Assembly (NCBI RefSeq): GCF_964204645.1
Contig: NC_134025.1
Location: 21,241,101-21,305,100, forward strand
From: Tubulanus polymorphus
Taxonomy: Eukaryota > Animalia > Nemertea
DNA length: 64,000 nucleotides
Direction of reading: 5' to 3'
Under the pieces are notes generated by a model that saw nothing but the letters and a program-made list of their open reading frames with translations, was not told the origin of the DNA and did no database searches. This document shows positions 1-12,431 of this stretch, piece by piece (within the stretch, counting starts at the first letter, position 1; every line of letters begins with the position of its first letter). The position numbers were made by a program, and so were the translations under genes.

Positions 1-333
1 TGACGCCATAGTTCCTTCGCCAATCAGTGATGGCGACTCTCCATACATTTAAGTGCCCTTTCTTCCAGAACATCCGCACTTAATTCTTAAAACCATTGTT
101 CAGAACTAGGCCAAGTGTGCACAAATTTACTCAACTAATGAAAACTAAAGGGAACAACTGCTTCCAAAAACCTTTAAGCCATCTTCGTATATATCGTTTA
201 AGCCATCTTTGTATATATCGGTTTATACGTGAACCGCATTATCTTTTGTATTTTCTATACTTTGATTTTGTTTTTGTGCTCTAAGCAATTGTATTTTTGT
301 CGAGCAATAAAACATAAATTCTATTCTATTCTA
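1..333 (+). mobile_element. 3' end of a degraded non-LTR retrotransposon (RTE-X/L2-like LINE)
   Basis: Disrupted frame reads KCPFFQNIRT*FLKPLFRTRPSVHKFTQLM, resembling the C-terminal CPF...RPSVFK.IQL region of LINE ORF2. It is followed by AATAAA at about 306 and a (TTCTA)3 tail at about 319-333. Confidence 0.6.
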
Positions 334-1243
334 CAACCAACGAAAATCAAGGGATTTACAAACTTTGAGGGTCTGCATTGGACATCAGTTAGTTTGGTAA
401 TATGAATAGTGTATATCCAACAGGCAATTTAAGATTCCGATCTTCACTCAATTCTCGGCAATCTATAGCAATATCCTGGCATTTTTACCTCTGGAGGTTT
501 AAAATCGAAATAATGTTCAAATTATTCCTCTTGCTGCAAGGACACCACGCAACAAGGCGGCACGGTTAGCGGTAAAAATCCCCTCGGAAAAAATCCCCAA
601 TTCTTCAAAGTAGGTAAAAATCCCACTCCTTCTGAACGTAGTGTAAGTAGATACAATCTTAAGGTCAAATAATTTATATTATTGATACATATATCCAATT
701 TATTATTGTAGAACATCATAAGGATATCATGAGTAAACAAACTATAGTATCATACTATTTGAATTCAGATATAACCCAGTCCTCATTTCCCTTATATTGC
801 ACAAACGGTAAACGGATTGAATCAATGATAGGTTTATCGATGCAATCTCTTTTAAGTGCGTGTATAACTAATTATTCATGAGATGCGTTCAGTTCAAATT
901 TAGAACAATAAGATTATTTTAGACCACTAATTTATCTATCAACCACTTTAAAATCAAATCGTAATAATTCATTATGAGTGCAATCGATAGATTAAGATAA
1001 GTAATACTATGGTTTCAGTACCACTTTGGGTTAATCTTGGGTTGCTTTCGCGACATTTCCAAGGCGCTGGACCGTTGAAGTTGATACATGTAAATAATTG
1101 TAAACAAAACAATGTTTCCCTCCACGTACCATTGAAATGGAAGGAGAGTAATTGTTTATCTTATCTTATCTTTTCTTATGGAGAAGACTTCCTGATCTTG
1201 GCCAACAACGCCGTCTGGCAGGTGGTTGACTGACTGAAAAAGA

Positions 1244-2070
1244 GGTAGTCACTCATTTTCCCTCCGGTTATTTTCCCTCCAGTCAATTTCCCTCAGTCAT
1301 TATCCCTCTGATCGTTTTCCCTCCTAAAATGATCGTTTTCCCTCCAAGAATATAATGTTATAAAAAGAAGTGACTTTTATAGGGTTCACTTTTCTAAAAT
1401 TGACAGGGGAAGGAAGAATAGTTTACGATTAAGTTCACTTTTCTATCACTCATTGGTTATGTAATGCACCATATTAAGCATTTTTGGGTCTTCTTTTTAA
1501 TGGTACAATTACAGTTGATTGTCAGAGTGAATCCATTTTTAAGTTCAAAACTTTCTCAAAACAATGGAGTAAATTTAAAACAGTTATGGAATCCTGCATC
1601 AATATTGTTTTTATTAAACAACTCTCCTATTTCAGTATGTGTAAGTCACCTAATGGATTCCTATAGAAAGACATCATTTTAGTTTTAAAATGAATAACTG
1701 CGGTCAACAAAGCGTTAATATATTGAATAATTAAATCCTTTGATCTAAGAAACAATGGGGATGGATTTATTAGATTAAAGCTTCTATTAGATAAAGCTAA
1801 TTGCCTTGCTATTGTCAGATTGAGTCAGGTGGAATTTAGCTCACATGCTTAAGCAACATAATGTTATTCTAAAAATTTTGTTAATGTCTATCTATCAAAA
1901 ACGAATTTTCATAATCATAAAATCATTTATTTTTAATTTTTTTCTTTTAAATACATTAAATTGGACTTGGAGGGAAAATGTATGTTTTTGGAGGGAACGT
2001 AACTGGAGGGATAATGATTGAGGGATTGTGTGTGGAGGGAAAATGGCCGGAGGGAAAATGACAGTGAATC
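1244..2070. mobile_element. Non-autonomous DNA transposon with foldback-like TIRs built of TTTTCCCTCC modules
   Basis: Left arm about 1244-1348 (cattttccctcc repeats) is the reverse complement of right arm about 1966-2070 (ggagggaaaatg repeats). Direct repeat GAAAAAGA at 1236-1243 and 2071-2078 is a candidate TSD. Confidence 0.7.
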
Positions 2071-5000
2071 GAAAAAGATGCCATTGCTTAAACGACGTCT
2101 AGAATTCCCGAATGATCAATGCTATTTTAGATCTCTCGATTGTAAAACAACTTCAAAACATAGAATCAAATGAATCTTAATCTTGTATCTGACGGATCAG
2201 CCAAATGCAAATCTACCTGTCGCAGAAAATATCTTTGGAAAATTACCCTTGTTGAAATAATTTAGCGGGAATATCATTCACGATGGATTCAGTTCCATCG
2301 TTCGAGTTGAGTATTAGTTAATGTTTTAACTCTTTGAGTCAAATTTAACCTACAGCTTTGAAACTTGATCCTGTTTTGAAAGTATAACGTGCGCTCTTAA
2401 TCGTGCACTAATCTTCCCTGCGTCCTTTTTATCCATTCAATTATCTGGTCCATCGAGGAAATTTCCCAACAGTAAGTTTTACTTATCAACCGATGTTCAT
2501 TTTCAGCCCGCATTCTTAAAGTTAGAAATACGCTTTTGGATGAATATCAAAGGTACAGACAAAACCTGTCAGACAAAAGACATTCTTCATTTTCGGTTTG
2601 ATGCTCGGTGAATTATATTTCTGTTTAAAACCGATCAGCACAGTGTAGACGCTCAAAGTTCGCCAAGGGACCCAGCTCACTAATACACCACTAATGATTG
2701 ATGTTCGGTGTCGTAATTCTGATAATTTCTGTCGAGAGTCTCTCGGAGACGAAGTTCGTTTGTAACCCGTCGACCCAAAGGTAAATAACTATCAGCAAAA
2801 ACTATAAGGCGAAGGTCATTTCATACGATCGTCATTATTGTTTTGGAATCGACCAGATGAACAACGAAGACGTAGTGAGAGAGTAGATGCGAAAAACATA
2901 CCCTTTTTTACAAATAAAAAGCTAATGAAAATAAATATTTATCATTGAAGATTAAGATTGATATTGAAAATTTTCGGAAAAGATCATCGTCAGCTATGAT
3001 GATAATGATGATAAAGTTTGGGATGTTTTTGTACAGTTGAACCTCGTTAATAAGATTATGTTTAAGACGAAACCAGTTTGATGATTTCCAGCATGTCCCG
3101 GTTAACATATTTATAACCATTAAGCTTTGGAAGATACGAAACCCGTTTGATACGAAAATTTCACTCTTTCCGACGAGATTCGTATAAACGAGTTTTCGCT
3201 GTATACACACTCCTATTCACGTTCATGAATGCGCTAAATGGGCAGTGCGAAATCATTGAAACTCACTATCAAATAGCGCCGCCATGTAATCTTCAAATCG
3301 ATAGTTTCTTTGCCATTGTATCTGTGCAACTAATTTGTGTAAGATATTCTTTGTTTCTGACGCAGCGAAAACCGTTACAAAGATGTTGTTTTATGTATTG
3401 ATAACTATGGGTAATCAATATTGGAGCTAGACTAGTCAATTCAAATCAGTTCAATTCAATCGTAATATATCCAAATTTCAATTTACATTATTGATCCTTG
3501 ATCTGATAATCATTTCTATTGAATCATTCATTGTCAAGGTATAAAGCAATATGCATATTTTATTTTCCAAGGCGTCAATATTTTTTCTAGTTAGTTTTTC
3601 TTGTCTAAATGTGCTTACGCCACCTTGTTCCTGTTTGTGTCAATGATCTTCATAGCTTGATGTATACAGTCATCGTTGCCTCCGTTCGGGTTCTTAGAAC
3701 CTACTGACCGAACCTACTGACGTAGCACTGCCCATTAGCATCGGTGAACAAATGGCATTTTAAGGTGTTTATCATTGTAGATGATCGTAATTTGATCACT
3801 GTAATATCTATATTTTATTATTATTTGATAAAATTCCAATTGGGTGCCCGCACCGCTACTGAGGCAATCGAGGATTCCACTTATGGCAGGCGAGAATCCG
3901 CCAGGTTCGCTAGTACAATCGGTCCTCCGCGTTTGATTTCTTCTACATTTCAATTAAAACTGAATGAGCTTTTTCTTGAATAGATGAATCATTAATTGAA
4001 ACTAAACCGACATCCGAGTAGAAAAATAGATTCATTGTATTTAGCGGGTGCTGTGATAATGTATGGATTCGGGAGTCTAAGAAACTAATTTTGACAACAT
4101 AAGGCCGAGTGTTCGTCACCCCATCTGGCGGGATAGCTGGTGTTGCGGGTTACCAATTTATAGAGTTTTATCAAATTTCAACATATAAGTCCAGCATCTG
4201 AACATGCTTTCCACTGTTGTAGCCATGCGAGGTATACAGTCGCTGTTCATTTGATCCACAGAGGCGAAAAGCGTGAGTTTCCAAATGTCGTCTTTAAAAT
4301 TGAAGTAGGCCTACGCAATTGCTACGAAGCGACGAATCAAAACTTCGGTCGCTTAATCTTCGATAGACGATGAGAAAGGGAGAAGAAAAGAATGACGAAG
4401 AAGAACCTATTCTGAACCCGGCTAGTACGGATGAAAATTAATCAATGGAATGCTCCGTATGAAAATATTACAAAATTGAACATGTCAATCTAGGTAATAG
4501 ATTGCCTCAATCATGTGATTGTTGAACTTTGTTTGGCCTCCTCTTTTGTATGCTGTCCTTACAAACACCATTAATAATATCTGTTTTTTCTCCTCGTAAA
4601 ATTTTGTGTTTGATAAAATTATGATTGAAGATTACGTAGTTGCTAGTTCGGTTTAACTCGAGGACTCGGGCTCACTTTACAGAATTACTTAAGATAAAAT
4701 CAACACATCGTCATCAGATTCAAAGATTACCGACATTGGATCTGGATACTAATGTCAAAACAAAACAAAAACTGTCGTTTCATAGAGCAACTTAACCATG
4801 CATAGTTTCATTATTTTGTCCCTTGAAAATGCACTATGGACAGATATGTATATCGGCCATAAAGATTGAATTTTCAAATTGAAACAGATTTTGAAAGTAT
4901 TTGGATCGTTCATTGTTCGTCTTTATTTCTGCAATTCATTTTCAACTGAATTATTGTTGTTTAAACCAAATCTTACCGATCGAGTATAAGAGATCTGGTC

Positions 5001-6881
5001 TCTGGAAAATCCGGATAAAGAATATTGACCGTTAGTAGGTAGTGAGCATATTGAATCAGCTATAGGAAAGGAATACACAGCCAAATATTGACAATCATAA
5101 TTCAGTCAACTGAAGTTTTTTGCACGCAACTGGAGGAGAGAGACCGTGCAAATACTTATCTTTCTCGAGTACGATCTCGGTAATATCGGTTTACTTTCTT
5201 TTCATCGTTTGCGTTTGGTTCCGCTGTGACGTATGCATGGAACATTCCCTCTATTAATCAAATGACGCAAGGAGAACAAATAACTGAATTTTTAAATCTT
5301 CCCGTTCGCTGACAATTCAAATGCCAAGTCGTCGCCGCACTTACCGTTTCTATTTAAGTCACTCTAGCCGGTCATTTGATATATATGACATATTCGGCTG
5401 TTGAATAATATTTTTATGGTGGTGTTATTGTGTGGCTTGAGTCAGTCGCTAGATAATCATACCGTTCCTGTTTCGAGATATCACCAAAGGACAAATAACA
5501 TATCGGGCGTTATATCTGAAAGCCCAAAACGGATATTATGATGTTCCCTATATTGGCTTTTGTTTCGTTAACAATCTCTGCGATATCAACCTTTGAGCTC
5601 TGTTGACTATACCACGGTAAAACATTTTGAGAAACGACAACAATAAACAAGTTACGAAAAGATGAAAAAATAATCCTATTAAATCAGTAGCATGAATTGG
5701 ATTTTTGTGTATCCATAACCTTTGAGCCATTGTGGTGACGGATACCGACTGACAAGCGGGCGGAAATCACTACGAAAATTGGAAAATTAGTATGGTAATA
5801 GCCAATGTCACGATATCATATCATGTGCCAAGGTCTTTTTCTCGAAAAATAAATAATGTAGATTCTAAGTAGGTTTGATTTCATCATGATCAATGTATAC
5901 TGATCTGTATGGATCGAGTCTCAAAATGGATTTTGACATGAAGCTATATATTACAAATTATTAAAAGGAAATCTAGTCGCTCCAGCATTCAGTTTTATTC
6001 ACAAACGTGATGATTATCAACGATTTACTAAGATAACAACATGTTTATGTATCAGTAAAAATATATATATCTAAAAAAGGCAGTGGATATCTTGAAAGTA
6101 AAAACTGACAACTTCGAGGAGTGCAACTTTCAGAATCGTTGCGAAAACTGCGGGCATTTTCGAGGTTCCGGGCCTTATTCTAACTAGTAACTTTGTTTGC
6201 AGCGTGGGTTGCTCATTAAGCTTATTATATAGCTTTATTGGAAATCATACGCGATCGATATATCCTGTCATCGTCTGCTCAATCAATCAATTGTGGAGGA
6301 TAATTTTAGAAACACGCATATTGCGCGTAGATTTTCGTCGCTTTGACGTCACGTTACATGGCACCGAAGTAGGCCGTCAAGTGACTCCATCAGCAAGATC
6401 TTGCGTATAATTATATCAAATGACGATAATGGATTAATTTTGCATCGTCTCGTATGCTCAAATCTCCTGTTGGTTCTAATACGGGGTTACATGGTCACAA
6501 CGTTGTGTGCGAGCCAAAATCGTTTATCGCTCGTCTTGGGCATTAATTGCAATCAGGAATAATAATAAAAACCAATTTGCCACGCAGAATTCCAGAAAGC
6601 CCCCTTGACGGCACTTGATCGGTCTTGTCAGACTTTACGGATGATGAAATTAAGTCAGAAAGTGATGTTAATCAACTATTCATCGGGTCCCTTTACTAGG
6701 CCTTAATGAGGTACTTTCTACGATAAATATTTACTCGTACTTTTACTAACCAATTAAGAATCGTGAACTAGACGCGTCGCTTTTTACGATTGTATATTAA
6801 GAAAAAGATCATAAGTAAAGGGAGCATTTATACGGGAATGTTAGTTCAGTTTACGTAGCTCCGAAACACTATAAGTTGAAT

Positions 6882-9800
6882 ATGAATATCTATATCGGAA
6901 TATTATACGCCCTGGTCACGTATTCTTCAGCAGAAATCATTAAGGAGAAAGGTATTTTTTCTTTCGCTTGTCAGCTTCGTATAGTTAAAACAGCAGTAAG
7001 GTCACGCCTCCCTGGTTAAAACGATATCTCTCTCATAATACAGGAGGGTCCCTATCGTCCCGTGTGAAACGCATCGTCCGTGCTAGGCGGGACGTCGAGA
7101 CCTCGCTTGCAAGAAGACATGCGCACCCGATGAAAAAGAACGCAAGATCGGAAGAAGCGCTTTTCAAAAGACGGGTAATTGATCAATTCTATAAATGATG
7201 ATTATTTGATAAACGGAGGAAGTAAAAATCTTAGCGAACGATAAATGACGACTATAAACCCCATCTAATAACGACATGAATTCATATTGTTTAACACAGA
7301 AAGGCCTGGAATGCGATGAAAGATTGATGAAGTTGTCACCGAATCACACGCTCTGTCTAGACAGTGTCACCCATACTGGCAGCGGTACGTTAACACTGAA
7401 ATGCTTACGTAACTTCCTTCAATTTTTTTGGTGTGACAAAATGTGTTCGCTTACACAAAAATAATAACAACATACCGAAGATGCGTAGGGAGCCCGGGTT
7501 GTTAACGGGGAGTAGAATAAATACAACGCGACGAGTAGTACTTAAAAGGTTGTTTTATCCTTTACTATATTATTCTCGTTCACTTGATGAGGCTACTTTA
7601 TATTAGAAGCGAAAGCCCGTGCGTCAAATAAAATAATAGTAAACCTATATAGTGCTAATTGTCTCGTTGGATTTAACAACGTACCGGTGAAAAATAAGTT
7701 TGCTGGTCGAGTTCGGAGAAAATGACTTCAACCAAGTCTTTATTAAGTCGTGAGTCTTAATCGCCCCCCTATGGTTTAGCAAACAAAACACACACAGCTG
7801 TAGAATAAACCCCCCGATTTTGTTTATATTGTTGGGACGTCGTACAAACACACGCTAAATTCATTAACCGGGGTTAGGTAAACGGATTCACAAGTCCCGA
7901 GGGGACGATTTCGATTTGTTTTTCCGTTCAATAGTTATCGAACGTCTGCCATGGAAACTGGTAGACAACGCTGACATTGCAGACGTCAATTTCGATAATA
8001 TCAAGACGGGGGCATCATTCTCGTTTCTCGTGATGATATGTCATCTAGCAGAGGCCGAGAGGCTGAGAGATACCGTGTTCTATTATAATGCACTAATACT
8101 TCGACAACCCGAAGATACTTCAAAATATGAACGGCCTTTGTATACGATATTTTCACAGGGGTATCTGCCATCGTCGAAAAAGTGATCGTCGATAAACACA
8201 ACGAACTGAGAGGTTATCTGGAGGAATACGGACTGCCATTTGCTACCGATATGCTTAAAGTGGTAAGATAAAAATCGACTCTATCAGAAATTCTACTTCA
8301 CACGCGGATGGTATAGAGTCACAAGAGAGATATCGACCAAAAAATGTTTACGACAAGTTAAAACAAGAAGTCTATAAAGTGTTTATTGCCGAGACTTGCT
8401 TTCGGCGCAAGTTTCATCGTGACAACGATAGCGAACCCGCGGGCGTTGTCGATGCGTATAACAACTGAAACTGGGTTTTTAGATGAATCGTTTTTATACA
8501 GAAATAATTTTGATATCCAAATCCACTTTCCACAAGACGTTTTCATTGTCGGGCTAACGAAAAAAATGTTCACCCACGCCATACGGTTCTTTATCTTTGT
8601 TTTTGTACGCACATAAAACGTAAATCCGAGGATATTGTCAAGATGCGGGTTTTCTTCGCATTTTCTTCACTTTTCTTCACTCTCCATCATCTCCGTTTTA
8701 TTTTTCGTGTTTATTCCAGTCATGGAACGACGAGATTGCCGCCGTTGCACAAAAATGGGCGGACAACTGTGAATTTCGGCATGACAAGAATTTCAACAGA
8801 AATATCCCTGGTAAATTACACGGCTATCCGGTTGAATTATTAATGCGAACTTAGTTTCGTGTTACACAATTTTACAGGTTAACTAATGTATTGCAAGATC
8901 ATATGATGAAGTTGAACTCAATGGGCAAATCATGAAATAGCCATAACATATCAGTTTTCTACTTCCATTCGAAATATAGCATTGTCATCACGATTTAACC
9001 GATTTGATCTAGAATATGGACCATGTGTTATGATCGAAAGATCCCTAGCCACGAAAATTCTTATGGTCTTCTACAGAAATGTTTGCCGTTCACGCGATGT
9101 TTATATCCCATCTTTCTGCCGCGCTAAAATCATCAATGCAACATCTCTTTCATAGATTTTGAGCTACTCTCCTCACCGGAAAAAAGCGACAGCCAGTTCA
9201 TGCTTGTGAAAATGGTCACGCCATATCATAAGCGGCTTGACGAACCGATATCTGAATACTGAATATTTCAGTAAATTCTAGTAATAAAGCGTTGATACCT
9301 GTTTAAAACATAAATATATTATCATTATTATTATATCTTGATCACAAAATTCATACATAATATGGAAGAGACCTGCAATGGCCCTTAATTCCAGAGAAAA
9401 GAAAACGTAAAGCCTCCAGATATACAATATGGCTGATACTAGACTGTCTTGTATTGTAACTTTAAACCTTTAAACCTGACCATCGCTCTCTTAATTCGAA
9501 TTCGGAGTATTCGATAAGGAATAATCATATCTGTCTTTCGAAGGATTATAGCGCATATATGAGCCCGAGGCCTTGATCTGCCTTTCATAATAAACAAGAA
9601 GGCGTTCATACCATGCGATGAGCAGCTACCGACCCGACAGAATATCGTCTGATAGAATGTCAAGCAATATTTTCATTCGTATAAAGAACTATCAATCATG
9701 TAGCTTACCGTCTCAGAAAGTCTGCTCTTTCTAGTGTAGTTCGGTTATTTGCCAAAGGTCGTTGTTGATTTGATTTGATATGATAAAATTTAAATATCAT

Positions 9801-11824
9801 CGAATCCATTGCTTCAAAAAATAGCTTTTACCCTTTTTAGTCTAGCTTTCCAGTGGCGGATCCCAGGAGCACAAGGAGCACGTGCTTCCATCGCAATTTT
9901 CCCCTTGCCATTTTGAAAATACAATGGCAATATCTTTTCGGGCACTTTTTCCACCCGCAACTAATAAGACAGCAGTCCGCAGCGCAAGATTTAGCTTATA
10001 TTCCCCCATTGTCCCCCAAGAAATGTCTAGAAATTGTATGAAAATTCACTGAAATTTCAAAATCTTCCAGATGCTTGGTATGGCTGATTGGATACTTAAC
10101 TTGCCATTCGTCAGAATATGCCCTTTTTATTTCTTGTACACCTGACAAAGTCTACCCTGGATCCGCCACTGCTTTCACAACTATATACGAGTTAATCAAG
10201 TTCAACAACCGTTATTGGCAAATTTGTTTCTTTTAGGTCGACTAACCCTCGGTCAGAATATCGCGCTCGGTCAGAAAAGTTGGGAAGACGCCATCACTGA
10301 TTGGTTTAATGAAAATAACGATTTCGAGTATGGTAAAGGGAGTACTGGGGGAGGCGAAATTGGCCATTTTACACAAGTACAAAATAGCTCATAAAGATTC
10401 CGAGATATAAACTCCTCTTTCAGAAATACGTATCACATGGAATTTACATTTTTTTCACAGTTAGTATGGTCATCTTCCTCCCACGTCGGGTGTGGTTTTG
10501 GAAAATGTCCTAATATCGGGGACTTTTACGTCTGCAACTACGGTCCAGCGTAAGTTGATTGAACATTGCGCCCGATTCGGAATACAATTTACTGAGCCCA
10601 ACGTTATATGGGTGCGTTGTTCGATTTATTCAAGGGGGAACAGCCCTGGCAGTCTACCCGAGCCGTATTCATCCGGCAAAAAGGGCGAAGCTTGTCCGTT
10701 GACATTTGACCAAGAAACAGGACTGTGCGGTAAGCAACTAGATAATGATAATATTGCCATCGCTAATCTTTTTTGACAAAAATCTAAACCCGATGAATGA
10801 ATCTATTATAAACGTAGATAGTATTTACAGAAAAGAGGAACCGATAAGTGAAAGTAATACGATCCATTAGTCTTGGTTTCTGAGTTTATTAGTTCAGGCG
10901 TGGGCGATAAATCCAGTATTAGTGTTAAGTGTTAGCATTTTCCCAGTCGTGGAGTGATGAGACAAACTAATAACCATTACGGTCTCACTTACTCTGGCTT
11001 ACATGATTTCTAACGCATGAATAACCGACAGCACCGAAGAAGTAAAATATACTGCTACAGATCCTTTGCTGGATTGGGCACAGCCGATTTTCATACCGTA
11101 TATGCACGAAAATCAAATTACGTTTTATTCATATGGCTGGATCCGGTTTTATTAACGCACATGATGATGCAACAGCAGTTATGACAGGATGTACCTTGGC
11201 CCGTATAATATAATATAATATTTATGTACAAGTTCTTATAATGATTTAATAAACATTGAGCTACATAATTGAATATTGTTGGCCAATTCTATATTAAAAA
11301 TAGTTTTTCGATATAAATGAATTCCTCTTGATACAATATTCTAGATTGCGGGGATGCCATGTGTTATAACGGTGGAAATGTGGACCCAGACTCGTGTAAA
11401 TGTCAGTGCGTGAATGCTGCCCACATAACGGGGCCCAATTGCTCAGGTAAATTCTGGACCCTGTAACGTTAATCGTAGTGTCTAATGAAAGTTATATCCT
11501 TAGAAAATAACGTATGTTTATAACCTTTCTGAAATTGTTTTGTAACCAATGCTACTGCGGCATGGCTTTTCAATCCTCTCCCTGAAGTCGTTTAACTTTC
11601 TATTAATCTCAGCAAATTTGAATTCACCCTTTTTAAAGAGAGAAAGGGAGTGGAAAGTGAGTTCTGCTGACAAAACCATAAATTCCATCGTTTCAGTCGA
11701 TTGTAGCGCAGCTGAGGATATATCGCAGTGTGCCAGTAAAGGTGGACCCTGGGGAGATAAAGCCTGCAAACAGTTCGCAAATGTTCCCTATCAGTACTGC
11801 CCAAAGACTTGCAAATTGTGTTAA
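6882..11824 (+). CDS. Secreted CAP/CRISP-family protein with basic propeptide, EGF-like and ShKT domains (Tex31/Mr30-like cysteine-rich secretory protein); 10 exons
   Basis: Phase-compatible GT-AG exons: 6882-6951 (signal MNIYIGILYALVTYSSA), 7044-7174, 7300-7384 (C..NHTLC), 8159-8262 (IVDKHNELR..ATDMLKV), 8720-8810 (SWNDEIAAVAQKWADNC), 10237-10376 (GQNIA..GHFTQ), 10461-10549 (LVW..VGCG..YVCNYGPA), 10635-10729, 11345-11446 (CYNGG..CKCQC EGF), 11697-11824 (ShK ..YCPKTCKLC*). AATAAA at about 12045. Confidence 0.9.
9851..10171. mobile_element. hAT-like MITE with CAGTGGCGGATCC TIRs
   Basis: Termini cagtggcggatcc and ggatccgccactg, flanked by a 5-bp direct repeat CTTTC (9846-9850, 10172-10176). 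Confidence 0.75.
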
Positions 11825-12105
11825 AAGTTGATTGCTTTGCCGCGAAACAGAAGATAAATCACTAGACGTATCTGTGTTACGTCTCTCAATTCTCTGGAAT
11901 TTTGAATGAATAGTTGGTTAAAGTTTGGTTATCTTACACCACAAAATTTATATTTCTTCAATTTTGATTCTTCTTTGATCGACAAGTTTTAGTTGTAGAA
12001 ACAGAATGATTTTACTGCGTACACTATGATCCACATTTTTCTCGAATAAAGCAAACGATAAAAACATTGCTTTTTTACTATCATTCCATCCGTACTACTA
12101 GTAGT

Positions 12106-12238
12106 CAGGGGCCAGTTGCTCAAAGGTTGGTGTGAGTTAACCAGTCGATAGTTGACATAGTGACAATTAAAAGTTCATTGTAACTATGGTATCTATCCAC
12201 TGGTTATCTTCAACCAACTTTTGAGCAACTGACCCCAG
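12106..12238. mobile_element. Short PIF/Harbinger-like MITE (family A)
   Basis: TIR ggggccagttgctcaaaggttgg / ccaacttttgagcaactgacccc flanked by CAG. Related copies at about 25482-25612 and, degenerate, about 61584-61720. Confidence 0.7.
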
Positions 12239-12431
12239 TAGTTGTCGATAGTTTTCAAGTCGGTTGATCTCATCAAATTTCCATTCGAACTACTTGTCCA
12301 TTATTATACCTACTTGAGCCACTCGTATGACGACCGGAAAACCATGGAAATCACAATTTTACCGAATTATATTGTTGATGGTTATTTTTGTTCACGAATA
12401 ACAAAATCGTGTGGCGAACTCTTATCTCGGG

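Noticed and set aside
1000-6800. Exon-like fragments (for example minus 1110-1234, 2352-2435, 3619-3690; plus 2701-2780)
   Set aside because: Splice-like signals are present, but they could not be joined into a consistent frame or recognisable protein.
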